Assembly (NCBI GenBank): GCA_964016885.1 | Contig: OZ024742.1 | Location: 249,860,001-249,924,000 of the forward strand | Source: Eledone cirrhosa | Lineage: Eukaryota | DNA length: 64,000 nt | Direction: 5' to 3' | Shown: positions 27,302 through 39,338 of the stretch, piece by piece | How positions within the stretch are numbered: the first letter of the stretch is position 1 | Layout: each line of letters starts with the position of its first letter | The notes under the pieces: generated by a model | The model's database searches: none | What the model saw: only the letters and a program-made list of their open reading frames with translations | What the model was told of the DNA's origin: nothing | Program-made: the position numbers and the translations under genes

Positions 27302-29572
27302 GACTGATTTGAGTATCACAGTTGAAACTCTTAAGGGGCAAGCCAAAAAACTAACCAACTGGAAATCACCAGGCCCAGATGGTGTGCAGGGGTATTGGAT
27401 TAAACATTTAACATCCCTCCACCCGAAGCTGACGGCCATGTTCAATGACTGCTTGGTGTCGGGTGAGGTGCCAGAGTGGTTGACAAAAGGTACCACGGTT
27501 CTGATAATGAAAGACCGAATCAAGGGTAATGATGTTACCAACTATAGACCTATCACATGTCTGCCCGTAATGTGGAAACTGTTGACGAGCATTGTGTCTG
27601 AGGAAATCTACCATCACCTCCACACAAACAACTTGTTACCGGACGAACAGAAAGGATGCCGAAAGAAGTCACGTGGTACAAAGGACCAGTTGCTTATTGA
27701 TAAGATGGTAATGGGGAATTGCAGGAGGAGACACACTGATCTTGCCATGGGATGGATAGACTACAGAAAGGCATTTGACATGGTGCCTCATTCCTGGATC
27801 ACCAAAAGCCTGGAGATCTTCAGGGTGGCAGATAACATCAGACAGGTGCTGGGCAGGAGTATGGGGTCCTGGGAGACAGAGTTGACATCAACTGGAGTAT
27901 CCTTGGGAAGCGTGAAGATCAAGAGAGGTATCTTCCAGGGAGATAGCCTGTCCCCTCTGTTGTTTGTCCTTGCCCTGATGCCCTTGACCATTATGCTGCG
28001 AAAAGTGAGAGCAGGATACAAGTTGGGAAGGGGAGAGCTTACCATCAATCACCTCCTCTTCATGGACGATCTTAAGCTCTTCGGGAAAAGTGAGAAGGAG
28101 TTGGATGTGCTTGTTGACACTGTCCGTATTTTCAGCAGTGATATATGTATGCAGTTTGGTATTGGTAAATGTGGAGTCATTGTGATGAAGAGGGGTAGGT
28201 TGAGCAGAAGTAACGGGATCCAGATACCAACAGGTGAGATGATAAAGGAAATTGACTCTGAGGAAGGATACAAGTATTTGGGCGTTCTGGAGGCTGATGG
28301 CATAAAGAACAAAAAAATGAAGGAATTGTTAAGAACTGAATACATTCGGAGAGTAAGGAGCGTATTGAAGTCACATCTGAACAGCAGAAATGCCATAAGC
28401 GCAGTAAATTCCCGAGCTGTGTCTATTATTAGGTACAGTGCGGGAATTCTGAGATGGAATGTTGCTGAACAAAAAGAAATGGATAGGAAGACTAGGAAGC
28501 TATTGACTATCTACAACATGTTCCACAAGAGGAGTGATGTCGATAGACTCTACCTAAGGAGATCTGAGGGTGGAAGAGGTCTTATCAGCATAGAGGACTG
28601 TGTTCAGATGGAGAAAAACAACCTATACAAATACGTGACCTATAGTAAGGAGCCAATGCTCAGAGCTGTACTGAAGGAGGGGACAGTAGGCCAGGGGATA
28701 TCCAAGGAGGAAATAACATCAAGGAGGAAGAGCAGCCTTAAGGGAAAATCCCTTCATAGTACCTTCTTTGAGAAAACTGAGCTTAGAGATCCACAGACAT
28801 GGAACTGGTTGAGAAGAGGACACCTCAAAAAGGCTACAGAAGGAATGCTAATGGCTGCGCAGGAGCAGGCCCTCAAAACGAAGTGGTTGAAGCACCATAT
28901 CTACAAGGAGGAGGCTAGCCCACTGTGCAGGATCTGTGGAGAGAGAGAGGAGACTGTGGCTCACATTGTGTCCGAGTGTAAACACCTAGCCCAGACCCAC
29001 TATAAGGGCTGGAGACACGATGTGATGGGCAGGGTGATCCACTGGCACCTGTGCAAAGTAAACAATCTACCACATTCTGAGAAATGGTATGAGCATAGGC
29101 CAGAGGCGGTGATGGAGAACAGTCAGGTGAAGGTGCTGTGGGATTTTAGGATACAGACGGACAAAAAACTGGAACACAATAGACCTGACCTGGTGGTTGT
29201 GGACAAAGAAAAAAGATCGTGCCTGATTGTGGATGTGGCCTGCCCGTTCGACACGAGAGTGCAAGAGAAGGAGAGGGAGAAAATTAACCGATACCAGGAC
29301 CTAAAGTGGGAGGTGAAAAGGATTTGGAACTGCCATGAAGTCAAAGTGATCCCGATTGTCATAGGCGCACTGGGGACTATCTCCAAAGGTTTCCAGGGAT
29401 GGTTAAAGAAAATCGGCCCCTTCACGCTTTTTGGAACGCTTCAAAAGGCATGCTTGCTTGGAACAGCAAGAACCCTCCGATACGTCCTGAATATCTGAGG
29501 CTGCAGGTAGTGGCTTGATATTCAATCCAACGGACTTTCCAGTTAACCAACATCAATGACTGAGATTCAAGG
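27300..29572 (+). mobile_element. R4/Dong-clade non-LTR retrotransposon (RLE type), 5'-truncated
   Basis: Begins just before RT domain 0, directly after (TAA)n; ~75-bp 3' UTR followed by AATAAC/AAT repeats. Dong-type elements are known to target TAA repeats. Confidence 0.88.
27309..29498 (+). CDS. Reverse transcriptase + CCHC finger + restriction-like endonuclease (N-terminally truncated, no ATG start)
   Basis: Uninterrupted 729 aa: NWKSPGPDG, YRPITCL, GIFQGDSLSP, FMDD, CRIC..ET..H..SEC, RHD, RPD-x-D-x-K RLE core, PIVIGALG. Confidence 0.92.
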   Translation: MSITVETLKGQAKKLTNWKSPGPDGVQGYWIKHLTSLHPKLTAMFNDCLVSGEVPEWLTKGTTVLIMKDRIKGNDVTNYRPITCLPVMWKLLTSIVSEEIYHHLHTNNLLPDEQKGCRKKSRGTKDQLLIDKMVMGNCRRRHTDLAMGWIDYRKAFDMVPHSWITKSLEIFRVADNIRQVLGRSMGSWETELTSTGVSLGSVKIKRGIFQGDSLSPLLFVLALMPLTIMLRKVRAGYKLGRGELTINHLLFMDDLKLFGKSEKELDVLVDTVRIFSSDICMQFGIGKCGVIVMKRGRLSRSNGIQIPTGEMIKEIDSEEGYKYLGVLEADGIKNKKMKELLRTEYIRRVRSVLKSHLNSRNAISAVNSRAVSIIRYSAGILRWNVAEQKEMDRKTRKLLTIYNMFHKRSDVDRLYLRRSEGGRGLISIEDCVQMEKNNLYKYVTYSKEPMLRAVLKEGTVGQGISKEEITSRRKSSLKGKSLHSTFFEKTELRDPQTWNWLRRGHLKKATEGMLMAAQEQALKTKWLKHHIYKEEASPLCRICGEREETVAHIVSECKHLAQTHYKGWRHDVMGRVIHWHLCKVNNLPHSEKWYEHRPEAVMENSQVKVLWDFRIQTDKKLEHNRPDLVVVDKEKRSCLIVDVACPFDTRVQEKEREKINRYQDLKWEVKRIWNCHEVKVIPIVIGALGTISKGFQGWLKKIGPFTLFGTLQKACLLGTARTLRYVLNI

Positions 29573-29851
29573 AATAACAATAACAATAATGATTTCTTTA
29601 TTAACCACAAGGGTTTACATAAAGTAGACATTAAGGACAGTGCAGGACAATGCAGGACGGTACAAATGGGCATTTCTGCGTGTAAAAAACAAAAACAGAG
29701 GATGTAACAAAAATAACAATGAAAATAACAATGAAAAATTCCCCAATAGGGGGGAGACTTCGGAGGGACATTTGTGGAGAAAGCCCAGTAAAAAGCCACA
29801 ATGACCCTGACCACCAAGGCAAGTGCCCTCTCCCAGTTTTCCACCTTTAAT

Positions 29852-32800
29852 TTACAGATATATACTCAGAGTAGGCCCATTCACTCGGGCCATTCTTGCT
29901 TCTCTCACCCATCTTTCAACAAAATGCTGGGAAGAGAGCACTTCCCTCTCTACTCTGATTTTCCTTTTCAAATGAAATTTGAAAAAGTCAATCAGAGCAT
30001 CACCGAAGAGGTAAGTGCTCGTCTTCAGCCCTTTCAAACGTGTCCACAATACTATCTCTTTCGCCATGGCCACCAGACAGATAAAAACAGCCTGCCCTTC
30101 CCGGCTAAAGGAGGAGGGCGGGGCAATCCTCACGATGGACTCAGATGATAGCCGGATCCGTCCTAAACGTGACAGCAGGTGTTCGACATAAACCCACAAG
30201 TCAGCAATTTTCGGACACTGGACGAGTGCGTGCAGGACGGTTTCGTCGCCCTGCGCGCATCTCGGACATGCCCGGCTGACGGCACCTCCATGCCTGTAGA
30301 GTTTATCCCGAACTGGCAAGGCTCCTCGGTAGCACTGCCAGGCCAGAGATTTCTGGAAGTTGTCCATAGGCCCCGGCCCGAAAGTTCTTCCGAAGAGATT
30401 GGCTAGTTGATTTTCGTCGACGCCTAGAGTTTCCCCAAGTACGTCGTCGCTCTTACCCTCCACTAATCCTTTATAGAACGCCGAGGTGGAGTTTCCACCG
30501 ATCACATTGCCCGATTGGTCGAGGGCTGTGAGCGCCTGAAGACATTCCAGTCTCCAGGCGCTCCCTCTCGGTCTTCGCTTGACCCAGGACTGCAGCTCCG
30601 TCAAGGAAACGAGCTGGGGAAAAACGCGTCTAGCAAACGGCGACCACACCTGATCACCGTCGAGGAAGAGGTGGAGATGTCGTAGCCTGAGCGCGTGCCT
30701 GCGCATCATCAGCCACGGCATGCCCAGCCCTCCACGTAGCGGGTGTTGACAACAGATGGACCGCCTGACCATCGGAGCACGTCCCTTCCACAAAAAGCGA
30801 AAGAGCAAACGCTCCAGCGCAGTCAGGCGAGGCTTAGGACAAGGTACGACGGTCAGGCGGTAGCAGATGACAGACGCGATGTACGCGTTAGCCACCTCCG
30901 CTCGACCTTTCAGGGATAGCTTCCTCTCCGCCCATTTCTGGGTGAGAGAAGCCACCCTGCTCGTCACCTCGTCCCAGTTTTTGTCCGTCTGGAGGTCCGG
31001 ACCGAAGCAGACCCCTAGCAATTTAACCGGTCCGTCTGTCCAGCGTCCGACGACGCTGTTGGACGGCATGGACCTGCCTCTCCAGGTGCCGAGCTGCAGG
31101 CCCACTGACTTTTCCTGGTTGATCATTGCTCCTGTCACCGCTTCGTATTCTCTTAATGTAGTGCCGATCGCCTCGATGTGTTTGGCGTTCGACACCACTA
31201 CGGTGACATCGTCCGCATATGCTGACACGGATCTTCCGCATCCTAGTTCGCGCGGGACTCCCCTCAACGTCTCCAGTTTGTGCAGTAATGGCTCGAGAGT
31301 CAATACGTACAAGAGGGACGAGAGGGGACATCCTTGGCGGACCGAGCGCATGATGTTGAACGGTTCCGACAGGTGACCGTTCACTCTCACCACAGAGCAG
31401 ATGTCGCTGTGCATGGCAGCGATCCAGCCTCTGAAGACGGGCCCAAAGCCAGCCGCCCTCAGGACTGCCGCTAGGTAACGATGGTCGACCCTATCGAAAG
31501 CTTTCGACTGATCTAAATTGATCAAGGACCCACCCGTGCCAGGTTCCCTAGCTACCCTCTCTACAATGTATCGCATGGGGTGGAGGTTGTCGTGGATGGA
31601 TCTGTCGGGAATGGCGCATGTCTGCGCCTCTCCCACCAGACCACCAACGACAAGCGCCAACCTCTTTGCTAGCACCTTGGCCAAAATCTTAAACTCTGTG
31701 TTTAGCAGAGTTATGGGCCGGAAATTTTGTATGTTATCCCCCTTGTTCGGATCCTTTCTCAGCAGTGCCACCGCTCCTCGGCTCACAGAACTGGGAATTC
31801 TCCCGTTCTGTTGCCAGTTGCAGTAGACGTCCGCCAAGAGGCCTCCGAACAAGGCTGGCATCTGTACGTAAAGTTTATAGGGCAGACCATCCAAACCAGG
31901 CGATTTACCCCTTGTGCAGCCAGTCATTGCCTCCCTTACTTCAGCGGCTGTTATCGGCTTTTCGCAACACTTCGCCTCAGTGGCCGAGAGCCGCGGCAGT
32001 CCGTCGAGGTAGACACTAAAGTCCATCCCTCTACCCGGCCCCCCGCTGCCCCCGAACAGCTGAGCGAAATGTCGCTGAAAAGCTTCACACATTTTCCCGG
32101 GATCGAGTAGCATGCGCCCGTCGTGGTCCACCAAAGACCGGATCGTGGCTTTGTTGCCACGACGCGCCTCCGCCACGCGGGCCCATTGAACGGCTTTCGT
32201 CCCCTCGTGTCTGAGAGCACGCACCCTAGCTCTGACAACGCAGCCTTCGTGCGTTGCATTGAAGAATTGGTCAAGGGCCAATTTCGCCGCAAGCACGTCG
32301 GTCGCAATGCCTTTGCTAAGCGCCTCGTCTAATTTTCTAACTAGTTCTCCCTCTGCTCTATTTTTCTCTATTGCTAAAGCCTTACTAAACCTAATCGATT
32401 CTATTCTATTCGCTCTTTTCAGAGCAAACCACCACTTGTTGTTGACGATGGCCCCCGTCAACGCCCGCTTAACTAGTTCGCTAACCCGGTCTCTGTAGGC
32501 CTTGCGCGCTGGTAAGGACGCGTTTAGCTTCCAGTAGCCGGGTCCTCGTCTATGAAGCCTATCTAAGTCAAGCACACAGGTCACGAATTTGTGGTCCGTG
32601 TAGCTGACTATCTTGAATTGTGGACAGCCTATGCTAGACCTATCTATTTCCCTACAAAATACTCTATCTAGATATGATCTGGATGACCCTATGCGGTTTG
32701 TCCAAGTCCACATTGGCACATTCGGGAAATCCAATCGGTACCTGTCAGACAGTTCAAAACGCCTGAGCAGGTTGGTGAGGCTCTTGCACCCTCCACCCCT

Positions 32801-33270
32801 ATCCGCTAATCCCACACAGTCCCAGCGTGCATCTAAGATCCCGTTCCAGTCGCCCACTAACACTAAAGAGCGGGACGTTCCAAGAAAGGTCTCCAGACGC
32901 CGGAAGAAATCAGGCCGCCCTGCTCCTGTCGGGGCATAGACGGCCACTAGCCTGAAAGCTTGCCCGTCTCCGCTGGTCACGTCCAGCACCACCAGCTTAC
33001 CCTCTGGGTCCAGGAAGATGGCCCGTATGGCGATCCAAACCTCTCCGAAAAAGCACAGCAACTCCTCCACCCGATCCAGGACGGCTGGGAGATGCGTACA
33101 CATCGTAGCCGCCGAAGATCGGTGCGAAGGCCCGTGCTTCGGAGATTCTGGTCTCGCTGATGGCCACTACATCTATGTTTAGTGACCTGAGGTCGTTGAG
33201 CAGGTGACCCTGCTTCCATGACGACCCCAAGCCACGCGCATTTATGCTGCCTATTCTGAGTGAGGTCATG
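29852..33270 (-). pseudogene. Copy A ORF2 (APE + RT), one 2-bp frameshift near 33030
   Basis: Matches copy C ORF2; GCGATCC versus GCGAGATCC breaks the APE N-terminus. Confidence 0.85.
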
Positions 33271-33304
33271 TTTAAAATAGAGTGGAAAAGATGGAAAAGA
33301 CCAC

Positions 33305-35400
33305 TTACCGTACTTTTGGTAGGAGGGATGGTTTTTACATCCCCTTTCACTTGATCGTCTGGTGAAGGGACCGTTGAATCGTCCCTTCGGCTGGTCGTCG
33401 GCTCTTCTAAGAGAATGTCTGAATATACTCTTCGATTGATGGTTCCTCCTAGGTCCCTGAAATCACCAACTGCGTTGGGGAATTTCGTTTTAATGTTTGT
33501 GTATTGTTTCTGTGCTATTTTTAGCAGTCTTATGTTAGTTGGCGTTTTGATTGGTGCTGGTATTATGTAGTCCTGTTGTGAAATGTCTGTGTGTTCAATT
33601 ATGTAAGTCATTAGTTTCTTGTTGTGTGTGTTTATTGCCGTGCATTTGTTTTTCTGGGGGTGGGGTGTGGTTCTGCTATTTTCTTGTCGTTGTTGCTGGG
33701 TGTGTGTGTTTTGTTGTTGTGTTTGCGATGTTGGTGCTTGTGGTGGTGGTGTTGAAGGTGTTGTTGGCGGTGGGGTTGTCGCCGATGGTGATGGTGGTGC
33801 TGGTGTGGGTGGTGATGGTGTTGGTGGTGTTGCTGCTGTGGGTCTCTTTGCAGTAGACTTTACCCTTTTCTCATTTCTTTCCTCCCTTTTCAAAGGCGAC
33901 GATGCGCTGCTTCTGCGTTTGTGCCTTCTTGCGACCTTTTGCCATCCCTCTCCCACCTCACACTCCATGTCTGATTCTGTGAGGTCGGGGAGGGGTAGCA
34001 GCTCCACTCTTTCACTTGTTGTTGTTGGTGATGTTTGCACTGGAGTCTCTGTTGCAGCTGCATTTGGTATTGCTGTTGTTGTTGTTAATATTTCCACTGC
34101 TGCTGCTGTTTTTGATTTCCGTGGAGTGGGTATGGGTGCCACGGACCTATCGTTCCTGGTTGCCGCTTGTCCTGTTGCTGGTAGCCGTGGAGCCGGATTC
34201 GGAAGGAGGGGGGTTTTCTCCTTTCTCAGGGTCTTCTCGTTGCAGAAGGCCCTGAGGTGAGTCTTCGATCCACAGCGAAAGCATTTCGGGCGTTTGCCCT
34301 CAACACTTATGGGCAGTTGAGTGCCGTTATCGAAGTCTATCACATCCGGGATAGCTTCGATGCACTCCTGGTTGGTTTGGATTAGCATCTCAATGGAGGA
34401 GCCGACCCAATCTTCTCTTACTTTTTTCTGTACTTGCAGTACAGTTGTTTTGTCCTCGATTCCGACGAGGACAGACGCGGCCAACCAAGAAGGGGTCATT
34501 CCGGGGGGGGACGTGGGTCAGTTTGACCCTCACAATTTTTTGCCCGCAGTAGGAGGGCACCAACACCATTTCCTCGCTCCTTAGGGTCACTACTGATTGG
34601 GCCTTTGCCTCCTGGGGTGTGGCAAAAAGTACGTCTACGGTGGCATATTTTTTGCCTCGGGTGATGTGCGTTTTCCGCTGCCACACAGACCCCAAGGCTT
34701 TTTGTATTTGGGCCTCTGTTGCTCTTTCCACCCTACGGGATTTTGTACTTACTGTACGGTACGTGACCGTACAGTGCTCTTGGGTTTCGAAAAATGTTTC
34801 CGCTGCCTTGCAGATTGCTCGGTGTCCGTTCTTTGTCACCATCTTCTTCGCTTCCTCTAATTCCTCATTCGTTATGAGGATTGTTTCCAAGTTTTTCGCA
34901 ATACCTGCAAATGAGATTGGTTTTTCTCTGCTGTTGTTGTTGTCGTCAGAGCTGCTGGTACTTTTGTTGTTGCTGCAGGTACTACGACTACTGCCTCCGC
35001 CGCTGTTGCTGTGGTTGTTGTTGGTGTTGCTGCTGCTAATGCTGTTGTTGTTTATGCTGCTGGTGATGCTGTTGCGACTGCTACTGTTGTTTTCATTGTC
35101 ACTGTTGCTGTTGTTATTACGGCTGCTACTGCTATTATTCCTGACGTCAGACGAATGAACTGGGTTTTCGTATTTCCCGCACACCTGTTTCGTCGCTGTC
35201 GTCGTCGTCGTGGAGAAACCTTGCACGCTTTGCACGAGACTTTTCATTTCTTTCGTCACTTGCGAAAGAGAAGGGAGGGGGAGAGACACATTTAAAGAAG
35301 GGAGGGAGAGAGACAATCTTCTCTCTGCTGTAGTGATGATTGAAGAAGAAGAAGACGGAATGAGTGGGAGTGACGTATGAAATTTCTTTTTCGTAGCCAT
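33305..35400 (-). pseudogene. Copy A ORF1 (CCHC knuckle), frameshift in the G-run near 34505
   Basis: Split across the 336-aa and 500-aa ORFs; CFRCGSKTHLRAFC. Confidence 0.8.
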
Positions 35401-35615
35401 GTTGTTTTTTGTTTAAAATGAAATTTTGGGTACAAAACCCCAATAACTGGTTATTTAACCCCGAAGGGCCAAATAACGGACAGAAAGACCCCTCTCACGA
35501 GGAGGAGGGTGTCTTTATCAACAATTTGGTTCAAGTTTTAAACAATTTACAATTGTTTTAACGGTTAAAAATTACTATACCTTACAGAGCCGAGCCTCCG
35601 TCAACCATGGCATTC

Positions 35616-35633
35616 AATAATAATAATAATAAT
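35616..35633 (+). repeat. (AAT)6 spacer between copies A and B
   Basis: Direct reading. Confidence 0.95.
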
Positions 35634-35894
35634 GATTTCTTTATTAACCACAAGGGTTTACATAAAGTAGACATTAAGGACAGTGTAGGTCAATGCAGGA
35701 CGGTACAAATGGGCATTTCTGCGTGTAAAAAACAAAAACAGAGGATGTAACAAAAATAACAATGAAAATAACAATGAAAAATTCCCCAATAGGGGGGAGA
35801 CTTCGGAGGGACATTTGTGGAGAAAGCCCAGTAAAAAGCCACAATGACCCTGACCACCAAGGCAAGTGCCCTCTCCCAGTTTTCCACCTTTAAT

Positions 35895-38800
35895 TTACAG
35901 ATATATACTCAGAGTAGGCCCATTCACTCGGGCCATTCTTGCTTCTCTCACCCATCTTTCAACAAAATGCTGGGAAGAGAGCACTTCCCTCTCTACTCTG
36001 ATTTTCCTTTTCAAATGAAATTTGAAAAAGTCAATCAGAGCATCACCGAAGGGGTAAGTGCTCGTCTTCAGCCCTTTCAAACGTGTCCACCATACTATCT
36101 CTTTCGCCATGGCCACCAGACAGATAAAAACTGCCTGCCCTTCCCGGCTAAAGGAGGAGGGCGGGGCAATCCTCACGATGGACTCAGATGATAGCCGGAT
36201 CCGTCCTAAACGCGACAGCAGGTGTTCGACATAAACCCACAAGTCAGCAATTTTCGGACACTGGACGAGTGCGTGCAGGACGGTTTCGTCGCCCTGCGCG
36301 CATCTCGGACATGCCCGGCTGACGGCACCTCCATGCCTGTAGAGTTTATCCCGAACTGGCAAGGCTCCTCGGTAGCACTGCCAGGCCAGAGATTTCTGGA
36401 AGTTGTCCATAGGCCCCGGCCCGAAAGTTCTTCCGAAGAGATTGGCTAGTTGATTTTCGTCGACGCCTAGAGTTTCCCCAAGTACGTCGTCGCTCTTACC
36501 CTCCACTAATCCTCTATAGAACGCCGAGGTGGAGTTTCCACCGATCACATTGCCCGATGGTCGAGGGCTGTGAGCGCCTGAAGACATTCCAGTCTCAGGG
36601 CGCTCCCTCTCGGTCTTCGCTTGACCCAGGACTGCAGCTCCGTCAAGGAAACGAGCTGGGGAAATACGCGCCTAGCAAACGGCGACCACACCTGATCACC
36701 GTCGAGGAAGAGGTAGAGATGTCGTAGCCTGAGCGCGTGCCTGCGCATCATCAGCCACGGCATGCCCAGCCCTCCACGTAGCGGGTGTTGACAACAGATG
36801 GACCGCCTGACCATCGGAGCACGTCCCTTCCACAAAAAGCGAAAGAGCAAACGCTCCAGCGCAGTCAGGCGAGGCTTAGGACAAGGTACGACGGTTAGGC
36901 GGTAGCAGATGACAGACGCGATGTACACGTTAGCCCCCTCCGCTCGACCTTTCAGGGATAGCTTCCTCTCCGCCCATTTCTGGGTGAGAGAAGCCACCCT
37001 GCTCGTCACCTCGTCCCAGTTTTTGTCCGTCTGGAGGTCCGGACCGAACCAGACCCCTAACAATTTAACCGGTCCGTCCGTCCAGCGTCCGACGACGCTG
37101 TTGGACGGCATGGACCTGCCTCTCCAGGTGCCGAGCTGCAGGCCCACTGACTTTTCCTGGTTGATCATTGCTCCTGTCACCGCTTCGTATTCTCTTAGTG
37201 TAGTGCCGATCGCCTCGATGTGTTTGGCGTTCGACACCACTACGGTGACATCGTCCGCATATGCTGACACGGATCTTCCGCATCCTAGTTCGCGCCTGAC
37301 TCCCCTCAACGTCTCCAGTTTGTGCAGTAATGGCTCGAGAGTCAATACGTACAAGAGGGACGAGAGGCGACATCCTTGGCGGACCGAGCGCATGATGTTG
37401 AACGGTACAGACAGGTGACCGTTGACTCTCACCACAGAGCAGATGTCGCTGTGCATGGCAGCGATCCAGCCTCTGAAGACGGGCCCAAAGCCAGCCGCCC
37501 TCAGGACTGCCGCTAGGTAACGATGGTCGACCCTATCGAAAGCTTTTGACTGATCTAAATTGATCAAGGACCCACCCGTGCCAGGTTCCTTAGCTACCCT
37601 CTCTATGATGTATCGCATGAGGTGGAGGTTGTCGTGGATGGATCTGTCGGGAATGGCGCATGTCTGCGCCTCTCCCACCAGACCACCAACGACAAGCGCC
37701 AACCTCTTTGCTAGCACCTTGGCCAAAATCTTGAACTCAGAGTTATGGGCCGGAAATTATCTATGTTATCCCCCTTGTTCGGATCCTTTCTCAGCAGTGC
37801 CACCGCTCCTCGGCTCACAGAACTGGGAATTCTCCCGTTCTGTTGCCAGTTGCAGTAGACGTCCGCCAAGAGGCCTCCGAACAAGTCTGGCATCTGTACG
37901 TAAAGTTCATAGGGCAGACCATCCAAACCAGGCGATTTACCCATTGTGCAGCCAGTCATTGCCTCCCTTACTTCAGCGGCTGTTATCGGCTTTTCGCAAC
38001 ACTTCGCCTCAGTGGCCGAGAGCCGCGGCAGTCCGTCGAGGTAGACACTAAAGTCCATCCCTCTACCCGGCCCACCGCTGCCCCCGAACAGCTGAGCGAA
38101 TTGTCGCTGAAAAGCTTCACACATTTTCCCGGGATCGAGTAGCATGCGCCCGTCGTGGTCCACCAAAGACAGGATCGTGGATTTGTTGCCACGACGCGCC
38201 TCCGCCACTCGGGCCCATTGAACGGCTTTCGTCCCCTTGTGTCTGAGAGCACGCACCCTTGCTCTGACAACGCAGCCTTCGTGCTTTGCATTGAAGAATT
38301 GGTCAAGGGCCAATTTCGCCGCAAGCACGTCGGTCGCAATGCCTTTGCTAAGCGCCTCGTCTAATTTTCTAACTAGTTCTCCCTCTACTCTATTTTTCTC
38401 TATTGCTAAAGCCTTACTAAACCTAATCGATTCTATTCTAATCGCTCTTTTCAGAGCAAACCACCACTTGTTGTTGACGATGGGCCCCGTCAACGCCCGC
38501 TTAACTAGTTCGCTAATCCGGTCTCTGTAGGCCTTGCGCGCTGGTAAGGACGCGTTTAGCTTCCAGTAGCCGGGTCCTCGTCTATGAAGCCTATCTAAGT
38601 CAAGCACACAGATCACGAATTTGTGGTCCGTGTAGCTGACTATCTTGAATTGTGGACAGCCTATGCTAGACCTATCTATTTCCCTACAAAATACTCTATC
38701 TAGATATGATCTGGATGACCCTATGCGGTTTGTCCAAGTCCACATTGGCACATTCGGGAAATCCAATCGGTACCTGTCAGACAGTTCAAAACGCCTGAGC

Positions 38801-39303
38801 AGGTTGGTGAGGCTCTTGCACCCTCCACCCCTATCCGCTAATCCCACACAGTCCCAGCGTGCATCTAAGATCCCGTTCCAGTCGCCCACTAACACTAAAG
38901 AGCGGGACGTTCCAAGAAAGGTCTCCAGACGCCGGAAGAAATCAGGCCGCCCTGCTCCTGTCGGGGCATAGACGGCCACTAGCCTGAAAGCTTGCCCGTC
39001 TCCGCTGGTCACGTCCAGCACCACCAGCTTACCCTCTGGGTCCAGGAAGATGGCCCGTATGGCGAGATCCAAACCTCTCCGAAAAAGCACAGCAACTCCT
39101 CCACCCGATCCAGGACGGCTGGGAGATGCGTACACATCGTAGCCGCCGAAGATCGGTGCTAAGGCCCGTGCTTCGGAGATTCTGGTCTCGCTGATGGCCA
39201 CTACATCTATGTTTAGTGACCTGAGGTCGTTGAGCAGGTGACCCTGCTTCCATGACGACCCCAAGCCACGCGCATTTATGCTGCCTATTCTGAGTGAGGT
39301 CAT
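35895..39303 (-). pseudogene. Copy B ORF2 with two frameshifts
   Basis: 10-bp deletion near 37737 and 1-bp deletion near 36558 relative to copy C. Confidence 0.85.
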
Positions 39304-39338
39304 GTTTAAAATAGAGTAGAAAAGATGGGAAAGACCAC

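Larger units (their letters stand above)
29591..35615 (-). mobile_element. Tx1-like (L1 group) LINE, full-length copy A
   Basis: 5' GAATGCCATGG..., ORF1, APE-RT ORF2, 3' ...AATAAAGAAATC joined to ATT repeats; same termini as copies B and C. Confidence 0.9.
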
